From contig JAJTDO010000010.1 in NCBI GenBank assembly GCA_021300475.1, forward strand, positions 6,533 to 70,532: a stretch of DNA of 64,000 bases. The letters run 5' to 3'. Position 1 is the first letter of the stretch; each line of letters begins with the position of its first letter. Shown piece by piece: positions 19,060-29,615 of this stretch. The translations under genes and the position numbers were made by a program. The notes beneath the pieces were generated by a model that had not been told where the DNA came from, searched no databases, and worked only from the letters and a program-made list of their open reading frames with translations. The stretch comes from Burkholderiales bacterium. Its GTDB lineage: Bacteria; Pseudomonadota; Gammaproteobacteria; Burkholderiales; Burkholderiaceae_B.

Positions 19060-20418
19060 TCAGGCTTCAAACCGCGCTTGCAGCCCGCTTAAAATTTTGG
19101 GATGAATGCCACCGAAGCCGCCATTGCTCATGACCAGAACCGCGTCACCAGGCTGGGCCCATTGCACCACGGACTTCACCAGCAAAGACAAATCATCAGA
19201 GCAGACACACGGTTGGGTCAGTGTTTTTAAGGTGTCTGCCGCATCCCAACCCAAACCCTGCGTGTAGCAGAACACAGCGTCGGCTTGCACCAAGGAGGCC
19301 GGCAAAGCCGCCCGCATGACCCCTAGCTTCATGGTATTGGAGCGGGGTTCAAACACCGCCAGAATTCTTCCCTGCGCGCCCATGCTGCGGCGCAAACCCG
19401 CCACAGTGGTGGTGATGGCAGTGGGATGGTGTGCAAAATCGTCGTAAACCGCGATGTCAGCAACGCGGCCGCGCAACTCCATGCGTCTGGCCACACCTTT
19501 GAATTCACTCAGCGCCTCACAGGCCTGTTCGGGGGTGACGCCGGCGCTCATGGCGGCGGCAATGCAAGCCAGCGCATTGCTGCGGTTGTGTTCACCCGTC
19601 AGGGTCCAGTTCACTTGCCCGACCACTTCCCCATTGAGCAATACATCAAAGCGGTTGCTGTCAATGTCAGCGGCGTAAAAGCCCGCTTCCGTGTTGAACG
19701 GCAAAACGCCGCTCCAGCAGCCTTTTTCCAGAACCTGCGCCAGTGCGGTTTCAGCCGCATTCACCACCACGCAACCCGATGCGGGAATGGTGCGAACCAA
19801 GTGATGAAACTGGGTTTGAATGGCGGCCAGATCAGGAAAAATATCCGCGTGGTCAAATTCCAGGTTGTTCAAAATCGCAGTGCGTGGCCTGTAATGAACG
19901 AATTTTGAGCGTTTGTCGAAAAAGGCGGTGTCATACTCGTCGGCCTCAATGACAAACGGTTCGCCCTCACCCAAACGGGCAGAGCAGCCAAAATCCGCCG
20001 GAACGCCACCCACCAGAAAACCCGGTTTCAGACCGGCAGATTCCAACACCCATGCCAGCATGGACGTGGTGGTGGTTTTGCCGTGGGTACCCGCCACCGC
20101 CAGGGTGTGACGTCCTGCTAAGATGTGGTCACCCACCCATTGCGGGCCGGAAACATAGGGCAACCCCATGTCCAGTATTTTTTCCATGAGCGGGTTGCCG
20201 CGGCTCACCACATTGCCAATCACGAACAAATCGGGCTTCATGGCCACTTGGTCGGCTGAGAAACCCTCGATCAGTTCAATACCCGCCTGCTCCAGTTGGG
20301 TACTCATGGGAGGATAGACATTGGCATCGCAACCCGTGACACGGTGACCCAACTGTCTGGCCAATTGAGCAACGCCACCCATAAAGGTGCCGCAAATGCC
20401 TAAAATATGAATGTGCAT
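19060..20418 (-). CDS. mpl: Murein peptide ligase
   Basis: MHIHILGICGTFMGG, GTHGKTTT, DDFAHHPT and EPRSNTM motifs. Confidence 0.96.
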   Translation of the reverse strand: MHIHILGICGTFMGGVAQLARQLGHRVTGCDANVYPPMSTQLEQAGIELIEGFSADQVAMKPDLFVIGNVVSRGNPLMEKILDMGLPYVSGPQWVGDHILAGRHTLAVAGTHGKTTTTSMLAWVLESAGLKPGFLVGGVPADFGCSARLGEGEPFVIEADEYDTAFFDKRSKFVHYRPRTAILNNLEFDHADIFPDLAAIQTQFHHLVRTIPASGCVVVNAAETALAQVLEKGCWSGVLPFNTEAGFYAADIDSNRFDVLLNGEVVGQVNWTLTGEHNRSNALACIAAAMSAGVTPEQACEALSEFKGVARRMELRGRVADIAVYDDFAHHPTAITTTVAGLRRSMGAQGRILAVFEPRSNTMKLGVMRAALPASLVQADAVFCYTQGLGWDAADTLKTLTQPCVCSDDLSLLVKSVVQWAQPGDAVLVMSNGGFGGIHPKILSGLQARFEA

Positions 20419-20491
20419 TGCATAAAGGCCGAAACGGCCTGAAAGATCTTCAATCCGCTATTGTACCGACACCGCCAACCGCTTAGAGAAT

Positions 20492-21106
20492 ATGAATCCA
20501 TTGTTGCCACCATCTGACCCGCTTCGCCAGGAATTGGCCGGCGCAGCTGCACGCCTGATTGCTGAAAATGGCTATGACTACGGCACAGCAAAACAAAAAG
20601 CCGCGCAAGAATTGCTGGGAAAACAAAGGGTTGATAAAAACAGCCTGCCCAGCAACGAAGAAATCGAAGAAGAACTGCGTATTTATCAAGCGCTGTTTCA
20701 ATCGGACACCCAACCGCAGCGCCTGAAGGCCCTGCGCCTGACCTGCCTGGACCTGATGAAGGAACTGCAAGCCTACGAACCCATTGTTTATGGTGGTATT
20801 GTGAACGGCACTGCCGGCGAGCACAGCGACATCCATCTGCTGGCATTTGCAGACGACCCCAAGGAAGTGGATTATTGGTTACTGAACCAGAACATACCGT
20901 TCGAACCAGCAGAGGTTGGGAAAATCAATGGCAAAGCCCCCGACGCCATTCAATTCAAGTACAAGGGCGAATGGGTAAGCTTGGCAACACTGGGTGTGGT
21001 TGCAAGACGAGGCTTGCTGAAACCCGCTGTCGAGGGTCGGCTGTTTCGCACAGACACAGAGGGCCTTGCACGACTGCTGAAGGAAGACAATGAAACTGTT
21101 GAATAA
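20492..21106 (+). CDS. Conserved hypothetical protein with nucleotidyltransferase-like motif
   Basis: AAARLIAE..DY..AK.KAA N-terminus; GGIVNGTAGEHSDIHL resembles the Pol-beta superfamily motif. Confidence 0.7.
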   Translation: MNPLLPPSDPLRQELAGAAARLIAENGYDYGTAKQKAAQELLGKQRVDKNSLPSNEEIEEELRIYQALFQSDTQPQRLKALRLTCLDLMKELQAYEPIVYGGIVNGTAGEHSDIHLLAFADDPKEVDYWLLNQNIPFEPAEVGKINGKAPDAIQFKYKGEWVSLATLGVVARRGLLKPAVEGRLFRTDTEGLARLLKEDNETVE

Positions 21107-21635
21107 ACTTTTGCTGGTAGTCATAGGGGGTATCGCCCTGAGCAGTGGTATTTATATGGCTAACCAAAATAAAAATGACCCTGTTCTGACCACTCAGGCC
21201 AAGGGGCCGATGGCCGGGTTCAGCTTCAAAGACATCAAGGGCGGCGATTTCCCGTTAAGCCAATTGGCAGGAAAAACTGTGGTTTTGAATTTTTGGGCTT
21301 CCTGGTGCCCTCCTTGCGTTGAAGAAATGCCGGAACTGGACGCCATTTATCCGGATTTGCAAAAAATAAACATTGAAATGATCGGTATTGGCATCGATTC
21401 ACCCTCTAACATTCGTGAATTTCTTCAAAATCGCAACTTTTCCTATCCATTGCTTGTTGCGGGTGCCGGCGGCTCGGATTTGGCCACGGCGCTAGGTAAT
21501 TCAGGCGGCGCACTGCCATTTACCGTTATTTTAGATGGCAAAGGTGCTGTTCTCTATAAAAAACTGGGGCGGATAACAGGCGAAGAAATCCTGAAAGCGG
21601 CCGCGGATTCACAGCAAAAAATCAAAACCCAGTAA
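21090..21635 (+). CDS. TlpA family disulfide reductase
   Basis: N-terminal anchor, NFWASWCPPCVEEMP and LPFT. Confidence 0.92.
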   Translation: MKLLNKLLLVVIGGIALSSGIYMANQNKNDPVLTTQAKGPMAGFSFKDIKGGDFPLSQLAGKTVVLNFWASWCPPCVEEMPELDAIYPDLQKINIEMIGIGIDSPSNIREFLQNRNFSYPLLVAGAGGSDLATALGNSGGALPFTVILDGKGAVLYKKLGRITGEEILKAAADSQQKIKTQ

Positions 21636-21746
21636 GTCTGACGGACAAGCCTGTGTGGTGGAAAACCGAAAATCGAACGATCGTTCAATGGACACAAGCA
21701 ACATAATTGCCGAAAATAGCAGTAATTACAGTGGATAAAGACGAAG

Positions 21747-22193
21747 ATGAGCGAAGCTCTACCAAAAGTATGGGTAATCAACGGCCCCAACCTGAACTTG
21801 CTGGGTCGGCGCGAACCTCATATTTATGGCCATCAGACGCTTGCAGACATCGAAAAAACGCTGGAGGACCAAGGCACAGCCTTGGGACTGCAAGTGGAAT
21901 GTTTTCAAAGCAACCACGAAGGCGGCTTGATCGATATTCTGCATTCCGCGCCAGGCAAGGCGGTGCGTTTCATTGTTATTAATGCCGGGGCCTACACCCA
22001 CACCAGCATTGCGCTGGCAGACGCCCTGGCAGGTATTGCCCTTCCTTACATAGAGGTGCATTTGTCGAATGTTCACGCCCGCGAGCCTTTTAGACACCAC
22101 TCCTACCTGAGTGCAAAGGCACAGGCGGTTTTGTGTGGCTTCGGCAGCGCCGGATATGGCTATGCACTCGACTTTGTACGCAAATCCATCTGA
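21747..22193 (+). CDS. aroQ: Type II 3-dehydroquinate dehydratase
   Basis: [19 protein letters not shown] and [11 protein letters not shown] motifs. Confidence 0.96.
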   Translation: MSEALPKVWVINGPNLNLLGRREPHIYGHQTLADIEKTLEDQGTALGLQVECFQSNHEGGLIDILHSAPGKAVRFIVINAGAYTHTSIALADALAGIALPYIEVHLSNVHAREPFRHHSYLSAKAQAVLCGFGSAGYGYALDFVRKSI

Positions 22194-22238
22194 TTTGCAT
22201 CGAATTTGAATACAACAATCAACAAAAGAGAAAAAAAC

Positions 22239-22718
22239 ATGGACCTCAGAAAACTCAAGACCCTCATCGATCTGGTCTCGGAATCCGGCATCGCAGAGCT
22301 GGAAATTACGGAAGGTGAAGGCAAAGTCCGCATTGTCAATGCACATCCGCATCCAGCGCAAACTGTGCAATACGGCCACGCCCAATACGCACCAGCGCCT
22401 ATGCAGCAACAACCTCAGGGCGGCTTTGTCGCCCAGCCCGGCGCACCCATGGAAGCCGCAGAGGCGCCCAAGCCAGGCAGCGAACTGCACAAAGTGAAGT
22501 CTCCCATGGTGGGTACGTTTTACCGCGCCCCCAGCCCGGGCGCCAGCAACTTCGTAGAAGTGGGCAGCACCGTCAAGGAAGGCGACACACTCTGCATTAT
22601 TGAAGCCATGAAATTGCTCAATGAAATCGAAGCAGACCGTTCGGGCGTCATCAGAGAAATTCTGCTGGATAACGGCCAGCCCGTAGAATACGGGCAACCC
22701 CTCTTTGCGATCGAGTAA
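22239..22718 (+). CDS. accB: Acetyl-CoA carboxylase biotin carboxyl carrier protein
   Basis: [20 protein letters not shown] and EAMK biotinylation motif. Confidence 0.96.
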   Translation: MDLRKLKTLIDLVSESGIAELEITEGEGKVRIVNAHPHPAQTVQYGHAQYAPAPMQQQPQGGFVAQPGAPMEAAEAPKPGSELHKVKSPMVGTFYRAPSPGASNFVEVGSTVKEGDTLCIIEAMKLLNEIEADRSGVIREILLDNGQPVEYGQPLFAIE

Positions 22719-22723
22719 ACGCC

Positions 22724-24082
22724 ATGATCGGGAAAATCCTTATCGCCAACAGAGGCGAGATCGCTTTGCGCATATTGCGCGCCTGCAAGGCCATGGGCAT
22801 CAAAACCGTTGCCGTTCACTCGGATGCAGACACCGAGGCGAAGTATGTCCGGTTGGCTGACGAATCCGTTTGTATCGGACCGGCACCCAGCGCACAAAGT
22901 TACCTGAACATACCCGCCATCATCAGTGCGGCTGAAGTCACTGACGCCGAAGCCATCCACCCGGGCTACGGTTTTTTGTCAGAAAATGCGGATTTCGCAG
23001 AGCGTGTGGAACGCAGCGGTTTTATTTTCATTGGCCCGCGCGCTGAATCCATCCGCATGATGGGCGACAAAGGCAGCGCCAAGCAGTCAATGATTGCAGC
23101 CGGCGTGCCGTGCGTGCCCGGCTCTGAAGGTGAACTGCCAGACGACCCAAAGGAAATTATCCGCATCGCCAGAGCGGTCGGCTATCCGGTGATCATCAAG
23201 GCCACCGGTGGCGGTGGCGGGCGCGGCATGCGCGTTGTACACACCGAAGCCGCCCTGTTGAATGCTGTCAGCATGACAAAAACCGAAGCGAAAACCGCGT
23301 TCGGCAATCCAGCCGTCTACCTTGAAAAGTTTCTGGAAAACCCCAGACACATTGAAATTCAAGTGTTGGCCGATGAACACAGGAACGCGGTTTGGCTGGG
23401 TGAGCGAGACTGTTCCATGCAACGGCGACATCAAAAAATTATCGAGGAGGCGCCGGCACCGGGCATTGCACGCCGCTTCATTGAGCGCATTGGTGACCGC
23501 TGCGCAGACGCCTGCCGTAAAATTGGTTACCGCGGTGCAGGCACCTTTGAATTCCTTTATGAAAACGGCGAGTTCTATTTCATTGAAATGAACACGCGGG
23601 TACAGGTGGAGCATCCGGTCACGGAAATCATTACTGGTATCGACATTGTTCAGGAACAGATCCGCGTAGCCTCGGGCGAGCGCCTGCGGTTCCGGCAACG
23701 CGACATTGAATTCAAGGGTCACGCCATTGAATGCCGGATCAACGCCGAAGACCCGTTCAAGTTCACACCGTCCCCTGGCAGAATCAACAGTTGGCACCCA
23801 CCCGGCGGGCCGGGTGTGCGCGTCGATTCCCATGTTTACTCAGGTTACACCGTGCCTTCGCATTACGACTCCATGATTGGTAAACTGATCACGTATGGAG
23901 CAGATCGCCAGCAAGCCATGGCCCGCATGCGCGTGGCCTTGTCTGAACTGGTGATTGAAGGCATCAAAACCAATGCCCCCCTGCACCAAGAACTGATGGA
24001 CGACCTGCGGTTTATCGAAGGTGGCACCAGCATTCATTATCTGGAGCAGCGGCTGGCCGCAAAACAAGGCGACAAGAAGTGA
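22724..24082 (+). CDS. accC: Biotin carboxylase
   Basis: [15 protein letters not shown] and [10 protein letters not shown] motifs. Confidence 0.97.
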   Translation: MIGKILIANRGEIALRILRACKAMGIKTVAVHSDADTEAKYVRLADESVCIGPAPSAQSYLNIPAIISAAEVTDAEAIHPGYGFLSENADFAERVERSGFIFIGPRAESIRMMGDKGSAKQSMIAAGVPCVPGSEGELPDDPKEIIRIARAVGYPVIIKATGGGGGRGMRVVHTEAALLNAVSMTKTEAKTAFGNPAVYLEKFLENPRHIEIQVLADEHRNAVWLGERDCSMQRRHQKIIEEAPAPGIARRFIERIGDRCADACRKIGYRGAGTFEFLYENGEFYFIEMNTRVQVEHPVTEIITGIDIVQEQIRVASGERLRFRQRDIEFKGHAIECRINAEDPFKFTPSPGRINSWHPPGGPGVRVDSHVYSGYTVPSHYDSMIGKLITYGADRQQAMARMRVALSELVIEGIKTNAPLHQELMDDLRFIEGGTSIHYLEQRLAAKQGDKK

Positions 24083-25005
24083 CGCAAAACACGGGAAACA
24101 GCACAAGGCACTGGGCGCAAGCCACCCTGCTGCTGCCTGAAAAATACGCAGAAGCAGTTTCTGACGCACTCATGGAGGCCGGCGCACTGTCGGTTTCCAT
24201 TGAAGATGCTAAGGCCGACTGTGAAGACGAGCAGCCCTTGTTTGGCGAACCCGGCATGGAACCCACCACCACGGCTTGGCAACAGAACAAAGTGCTGGCG
24301 CTGTTTGCAAATCAAGCCGACGGTGAAGCTCTGTTGAGCGAACTTGCTGAAGAATGGCTGCAAAATGCCGCCATTTCCTGGGAGGACGTGGCTGAACAAG
24401 ACTGGGTCCGCCTGACGCAATCCCAGTTCGACCCCATTGAAATCACCCCGAAACTTTGGATAGTTCCCTCCTGGCACGCACCCTCTGCGGGTGCAGATGT
24501 GGTGAATATCCGGCTTGATCCCGGTCTTGCATTTGGTACCGGATCGCACCCCACCACAAAACTGTGTTTACGGTGGTTGTCGCAAGGTCTGGCCAAGGGC
24601 AAAGCCGTGCTCGATTACGGCTGTGGCTCCGGCATTCTTGCCATTGCCGCCATGAAACTGGGGGCCGCCAGCGCCATTGGCGTAGACATCGACCCGCAAG
24701 CTGTGGAATCAGCCGCAGCCAACGCCTCAGAAAACGAAGTGTCAGTGACCACCGGAATGCCGGACCACCCGAATGCCAAAGGCAGCTTCCCCGTGGTGGT
24801 TGCCAACATTCTCTCCAACCCCTTGAAGGTGCTTGCACCCACCCTGTGCGCCCACGTTGCCCCCGGCGGCTGGTTGGTGTTGTCGGGCGTGCTTGAGCGG
24901 CAGGCAGAGGAAGTGGCGGCCGCCTACACGCCCTGGATCACAATGAGCGTCTGGCAAACAGACGAAGGCTGGGTGTGCCTGACGGGTCAAAAAACAAACC
25001 CATGA
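24079..25005 (+). CDS. prmA: Ribosomal protein L11 methyltransferase
   Basis: [24 protein letters not shown] and VANIL motifs. Confidence 0.95.
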   Translation: MTQNTGNSTRHWAQATLLLPEKYAEAVSDALMEAGALSVSIEDAKADCEDEQPLFGEPGMEPTTTAWQQNKVLALFANQADGEALLSELAEEWLQNAAISWEDVAEQDWVRLTQSQFDPIEITPKLWIVPSWHAPSAGADVVNIRLDPGLAFGTGSHPTTKLCLRWLSQGLAKGKAVLDYGCGSGILAIAAMKLGAASAIGVDIDPQAVESAAANASENEVSVTTGMPDHPNAKGSFPVVVANILSNPLKVLAPTLCAHVAPGGWLVLSGVLERQAEEVAAAYTPWITMSVWQTDEGWVCLTGQKTNP

Positions 25006-25799
25006 GCCTCGCAACCCGCTGCCCTGACTGTAAAACGCTGTGCCCCACCACTGCCCTGCAATTGCGGGAACAAGGTGGCCACCTGACCTGCGGTCACTGC
25101 GGGAGCATGTTCAGTGGCGTAGACCACCTCACCCCTGCAGATGAAGACAGTTGGAGCGCAGACGCCGGGCAAGCGGAAACCACGTCCGATGACCATGCGG
25201 TCTCCGACTCAAAGGCAGCGGTCTATCAACGCTGGCTGGCAAAAATCAATCGCAAACTCACATTGCCAACCTGGCTGATGAAGCGGCTTGAGGGCGAATA
25301 CAAGTGGCCGCGCTTTGCCAAGCGCTGGGTGCTGCTGCTGTCTGCTTTGCTGCTGTGGCAATGTATTTGGTGGCAACGGGTGAATCTCACCCATTTGCTG
25401 CCTGTGCTGGACACTCCGTTAAACGCGCTGAGTGAAACGCTGGGCACACAAGTCGCCGGGCTGGCATCCAGCCGCCTTAAAATTCTTGGCTCAAGCCTGA
25501 AGTCGCAGGACAACCAAAAATTGACACTGGAAGTGCGCATCAGCAACAGCGCCAGAAGCGCCAGCCGCTGGCCGCAAATCGAACTGCAATTGCTCAACAG
25601 CAAGAAAGGCGTGGTCAGCGCACGTGTACTGAGCATTGATGAATATGCCGTGGTCACCGAAACCCCACTGGAAGGTAGAATCAGGGCTGGCGAGGCTTTT
25701 GATTTGATTGCTTACCTGGACACCACCGAATTGAACAAAGAAAAGCTGGAGTTACCGATCACCGGTTTCAAAGTCAGCCTGATTGATAAAGCTCACTGA
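25002..25799 (+). CDS. Zinc-ribbon plus DUF3426-type membrane protein
   Basis: TRCPDC...CGHC zinc ribbon, TM segment, WP.IEL.L motif; usual position downstream of prmA. Confidence 0.78.
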   Translation: MSLATRCPDCKTLCPTTALQLREQGGHLTCGHCGSMFSGVDHLTPADEDSWSADAGQAETTSDDHAVSDSKAAVYQRWLAKINRKLTLPTWLMKRLEGEYKWPRFAKRWVLLLSALLLWQCIWWQRVNLTHLLPVLDTPLNALSETLGTQVAGLASSRLKILGSSLKSQDNQKLTLEVRISNSARSASRWPQIELQLLNSKKGVVSARVLSIDEYAVVTETPLEGRIRAGEAFDLIAYLDTTELNKEKLELPITGFKVSLIDKAH

Positions 25800-25872
25800 G
25801 CTTGAAGCACACCAAGACAGCGCAAAAAACGCCCTGCCCCAACCCACACAACACCACCCTGGATAGTCCGAC

Positions 25873-26817
25873 ATGTCTGATAAAAACATACTGATTTGTG
25901 GCTCGATCGCCTACGATTCCATCATGCTGTTCGAAGGCCGTTTTAAAGAACAGATACTGCCCGATCAGCTGCACATTCTGAATGTCGCTTTTTTTGTGCC
26001 TACGCTGCGCAAACAATGGGGTGGCTGTGCGGGCAACATCGCCTACGGACTGAAACTGCTCGGCGGTAACCCCGTTCCCATGGCTACCATCGGGCAAGAC
26101 GGCGCAGACTATGTAAAACGCTTTGCTGACATGGGTATTCAAACCCGCTGCATCACCACGCTGGACGACAGCTACACGGCCCAGGCCTACATCACCACCG
26201 ACCTTGACGACAACCAGATCACCGCGTTTCACCCGGGCGCCATGATGCAGTCGCATCACAATAAAATTGCCCACGCTGAAAACATCAGCTTGGGCATTGT
26301 TGCACCGGATGGCCGCGATGGCATGCTGGAACATGCCCGCGATCTGGCCGCCGCCAACATCCCCTTTGTATTCGACCCGGGCCAGGGGTTGCCCATGTTT
26401 TCCGGTACGGAATTGCTGAAGTTTGTAGATCAGTCCACTTACACAGCAGTCAATGACTATGAAGCAAAAATGCTGACCGACCGCACGGAACTATCACTGG
26501 AACAGCTTGCCCAACGTGTAGAAGCGCTGATTGTGACGCGAGGCGCAGAAGGTGCATGGATTTTCCATCAAGGTCAACGCATTGAAGTTGCGTGCGTTAA
26601 ACCGAAGTCGATCACAGACCCCACAGGTTGCGGCGACGCCTTCAGGGCCGGCTTGCTGTACGGTTTGGGTGCTGGCATGGATTGGCCCACCATAGGCAAA
26701 CTGGCTTCAACCATGGGAGGCCTGAAAATCGCTCACCGGGGCGGCCAGGAGTACGCACCGAGTCGCAACGAGATTGCAGCAACATTCAAAGAAAATTTTG
26801 GCTACACCCCATGGTGA
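25873..26817 (+). CDS. PfkB family carbohydrate/nucleoside kinase
   Basis: GGCAGNIAY, FDPGQ and DPTGCGDAFRAG motifs. Confidence 0.92.
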   Translation: MSDKNILICGSIAYDSIMLFEGRFKEQILPDQLHILNVAFFVPTLRKQWGGCAGNIAYGLKLLGGNPVPMATIGQDGADYVKRFADMGIQTRCITTLDDSYTAQAYITTDLDDNQITAFHPGAMMQSHHNKIAHAENISLGIVAPDGRDGMLEHARDLAAANIPFVFDPGQGLPMFSGTELLKFVDQSTYTAVNDYEAKMLTDRTELSLEQLAQRVEALIVTRGAEGAWIFHQGQRIEVACVKPKSITDPTGCGDAFRAGLLYGLGAGMDWPTIGKLASTMGGLKIAHRGGQEYAPSRNEIAATFKENFGYTPW

Positions 26818-26839
26818 GCCACCTCGGATTGGAGAAAAA

Positions 26840-27301
26840 ATGAGCATCAAACGTGTTTTACTTTGCACTGCCTTGGCAGGAATCGGCTTCCTCGGTGCCT
26901 GCGCAAGCCCGAACACTTCTGGCGTGGTTTACAACGCCAGCGAAGCCAAGCGGGAACAAATTGTTCGCATGGGTGTGGTTGAAAGCATCCGTGAAGTTTC
27001 AATACAACGTGAAGCATCACCCGTTGGTGCGCTTGCAGGCGGCGTGGTGGGCGGCATTGCCGGTTCAAGTGTTGGCAAGGGCAAAGGGTCTGACATTGCT
27101 GCGGTGCTGGGCGCAGTCGCAGGCGGCTTGGCTGGCAGCGCGCTCGAAGGCTCCGCGGGCCTGAAGAAAGGTTATGAAATTACCGTACGTCTGGAAAGCG
27201 GAGAGTTGCGGGCCTTTGTACAAGAAGCCGACGAAGTCTTCAAACCCGGTGAGCGTGTACGTTTGGTCAGCACAGGCGGTGTGGTGCGCGTAACGCACTA
27301 A
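26840..27301 (+). CDS. Glycine-zipper 2TM outer-membrane lipoprotein (SlyB-like)
   Basis: Lipobox LGAC and GALAGGVVGGIAG glycine zipper; GGAG ribosome-binding site. Confidence 0.88.
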   Translation: MSIKRVLLCTALAGIGFLGACASPNTSGVVYNASEAKREQIVRMGVVESIREVSIQREASPVGALAGGVVGGIAGSSVGKGKGSDIAAVLGAVAGGLAGSALEGSAGLKKGYEITVRLESGELRAFVQEADEVFKPGERVRLVSTGGVVRVTH

Positions 27302-27330
27302 AAAGCCACCGAGCACACGGAAACAACAAT

Positions 27331-27361
27331 GAGCGCTTGCGGCCTTCGCTGCACAGCGCTC
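27331..27361. terminator. Hairpin between convergent SlyB-like and YggT genes
   Basis: GAGCGCT..TGCGGC-CTTC-GCTGCA..AGCGCTC imperfect stem. Confidence 0.45.
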
Positions 27362-27370
27362 TTGCTGCGA

Positions 27371-27955
27371 TTAAAGCAGAAAACTGAAACTTAACTGCTG
27401 CACGACAATCATTAAAACTTGCAGCAGCAAAAACAACACCATGGGTGATAAATCCACATTGCCCAAGGTAGGCAAAACGCGGCGCAGCGGATCCAGAAAC
27501 GGGCGACTCAGGTCATCCAGCACCGACGCGATGGGCGAATGCGGATTCACCCAACTCAATATCACCTGCAACATCACAATGCCCATCAGTAAATAAACCG
27601 CCGACTTGAGCAGCCACACCAGTGCCGCTGGTATTCCGAATGAAATAACCACTCTGGCCAGACTCATGCTGGAACTAAGCTCTCCCATGGTAGCCCAGCG
27701 CACCAGCAACAAGAGCATATTCAATGCAGCCGCCACCAACAGCGCCGCCAGCAGCGAGGCCCAGTCCAATCCGCCGAAACCAGGCACAATCCTGCGCAAA
27801 GGGCGAACCGCCCAGTCTGTGACAGAAAACACAAAGGGCGCCAAGGGGTTGCGGGGATGCAAGCGCACCCACTGCATCAACGCTCGCAGCAACAGCGCAA
27901 ACACCACAACACCTGCAGCAGACTCAATGAGCAAACGGAAAATTTCAAACAACAT
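27371..27955 (-). CDS. YggT family membrane protein
   Basis: Two repeats of the P.RR..P..GG.D motif (PLRRIVPGFGGLD; PLRRVLPTLGNVDLSP). Confidence 0.9.
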   Translation of the reverse strand: MLFEIFRLLIESAAGVVVFALLLRALMQWVRLHPRNPLAPFVFSVTDWAVRPLRRIVPGFGGLDWASLLAALLVAAALNMLLLLVRWATMGELSSSMSLARVVISFGIPAALVWLLKSAVYLLMGIVMLQVILSWVNPHSPIASVLDDLSRPFLDPLRRVLPTLGNVDLSPMVLFLLLQVLMIVVQQLSFSFLL

Positions 27956-28130
27956 GGCAATGACTCAACTGGAAACCGTAACATTGTTGCACAGCTTATA
28001 ACTCGGAAAAATCAAAACCCCGCTACGACCTTGAAAAACAGATGGCGACGGGGTTTAGGGGGCTTAAATTTTTTGACTCAATCTGTGTACGGCATGAAAC
28101 TTGAACCGGCCTCAGGTGAGTTTCAAAAAA

Positions 28131-28790
28131 TTATGGGCGAGTACCCATGGGGAAAGGCCAGGTCGGTGTTTCAGTCATGCCCAGTTTTTTGACTTTGGCT
28201 GGTTTTTCAACCTTGGCTTCCTTTTCAACTTTTTTCGCCGCTTTCGCAGGCTTGGCTTCAATAACTTTCGCTGCCTTCGGAGTTGCCTTGACGACCTTCA
28301 CAGTTTTGGCGACCACAACTTTCTCCGCTTTTGGAGCAGCTTTTGGCAAGGCCTTTGAAGTTGCCTTCACTGCCGCTTTCGCAGGCTTGGCTGCAACAAC
28401 TTTCGCTGCCTTCGGAGCTGCCTTGGCGGCCTTCACAGGTTTGGCGGCAACGACTTTTTCTGCTTTAGCAGCAGCTTTCGGTGCTGTTTTTGGTGAGGCT
28501 TTTGGAGCGGCCTTCACTGCGGCTTTCACAGGTTTGACTGCAACCACTTTCGCTGGCTTCGGAGCTGCCTTGGCTGCCTTCACAGGTTTAGCGGCAACAA
28601 CTCTTTCTGCTTTAGCAGTTGCTTTCGGTGCTGTTTTTGGTGTGGCCTTTGGAGCAGCTTTTGGAGCGGCCTTAACTGCAGCTTTCACAGGCTTGGCTGC
28701 AACTACTTTTGCTGCTGCCTTGGGTGCTGCCTTCTCGGGTTTTGATACTTTTGCAACCGAGACCTTCTTGACTTCTTTTTGCTTGACCAT
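28131..28790 (-). CDS. Histone H1-like Lys/Ala/Pro-rich DNA-binding protein
   Basis: KVVAAKP and AAPK repeats; C-terminal WPFP motif; GGAG ribosome-binding site. Confidence 0.85.
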   Translation of the reverse strand: MVKQKEVKKVSVAKVSKPEKAAPKAAAKVVAAKPVKAAVKAAPKAAPKATPKTAPKATAKAERVVAAKPVKAAKAAPKPAKVVAVKPVKAAVKAAPKASPKTAPKAAAKAEKVVAAKPVKAAKAAPKAAKVVAAKPAKAAVKATSKALPKAAPKAEKVVVAKTVKVVKATPKAAKVIEAKPAKAAKKVEKEAKVEKPAKVKKLGMTETPTWPFPMGTRP

Positions 28791-28860
28791 TCAGGTCTCC
28801 TTTTGTGTTGCCAACTGGTTTCAGGAGATCAAACCCCTGCACCCTTCATTAAGTTTCCGC

Positions 28861-28889
28861 ATTCTAACGCCATGCAAAGCAAAGCTCAA
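28861..28889 (-). promoter_or_regulatory. Sigma70-type promoter of the histone-like gene
   Basis: TTGAGC-N17-TAGAAT on the minus strand. Confidence 0.55.
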
Positions 28890-29033
28890 CGCACAAGCGT
28901 TACCCCCCCTGAAAGAGTGTAGCTTAAGCACAATGGGTGGGCAATTTGCGAGCCTTCAGGCGCGCTGAGAAACAGAAAGAACAAGAGCCTTGGGAAATAC
29001 TCTGAACATCGGACAGATCAAAAGGAAAGTGGA

Positions 29034-29294
29034 ATGAACATTAGAATCAGGTTGCTCATCACAAGTCTCATACTCACCTTGGGTGTTGTAAACACAAGTC
29101 AGGCTCAATCAACAACAGCCCCCTCAAAGTCAGAAGAAGAAAAAGAGCTTAAGCAGAACGCAACCAAAAAACCATCGCCTCACAGCCACGTTCAGGAGAA
29201 AACCGGGATTCCACAAACCGCGCCCAAAGAATTGTCTGCAGAGGAAAAAGCCAAAAACAAAAAACTGCACAGTCATCAGAGAGACGCAAAATAA
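29034..29294 (+). CDS. Small secreted hypothetical protein with two HSH motifs
   Basis: Signal peptide ending SQA; PHSHVQEK and LHSHQRD motifs; AAGGA upstream. Confidence 0.7.
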   Translation: MNIRIRLLITSLILTLGVVNTSQAQSTTAPSKSEEEKELKQNATKKPSPHSHVQEKTGIPQTAPKELSAEEKAKNKKLHSHQRDAK

Positions 29295-29322
29295 AGCGTA
29301 ACAGCAGAGAATGGGAGTCGGA

Positions 29323-29556
29323 ATGGAAAAGATTTTTGTAGACGTTGCAGATCTTTTTGAATTACTGGGGCTGCCCTCTGATGAAAAAGGTATTGCGGCT
29401 TTTGTTACGAAACACGCTCCGCTGAGCAATGCCGTTCGAATTGAGGATGCGCCGTTTTGGTCGAAAGCACAGGCCACCCTGTTAAAAGACGGATTGTTGG
29501 AAGATGGATATCTGGCAAGCGCTGTGGATCAACTCAATGCATTAATGCGGCTGTGA
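29323..29556 (+). CDS. DUF2789 family protein
   Basis: LF..LGLPSD..I..F...H, DAPFWS..QA and AVDQLN..MR pattern. Alternative start 29311. Confidence 0.8.
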   Translation: MEKIFVDVADLFELLGLPSDEKGIAAFVTKHAPLSNAVRIEDAPFWSKAQATLLKDGLLEDGYLASAVDQLNALMRL

Positions 29557-29562
29557 TTGCAT

Positions 29563-29605
29563 AAAAAAATGCCCCGATGCTTGGATAAACATCAGGGCGT
29601 TTTTT
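29563..29605. terminator. Bidirectional intrinsic terminator
   Basis: A7-TGCCCCGATG...CATCAGGGCG-T6 between the convergent DUF2789 gene and nrdB. Confidence 0.75.
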
Positions 29606-29615
29606 CAGGAAATGA

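Noticed and set aside
28005..28130. Imperfect inverted repeats downstream of the histone-like gene as an ncRNA
   Set aside because: Only short stems (AAACCCCG/CGGGGTTT and GAAACT/AGTTTC) are present; they are compatible with ordinary terminator-like structure and too weak to call.
28147..28968. 273-aa Ala/Phe-rich plus-strand ORF
   Set aside because: It is the antisense shadow of the Lys/Ala-rich histone-like gene, which has the ribosome-binding site, promoter and family motif.
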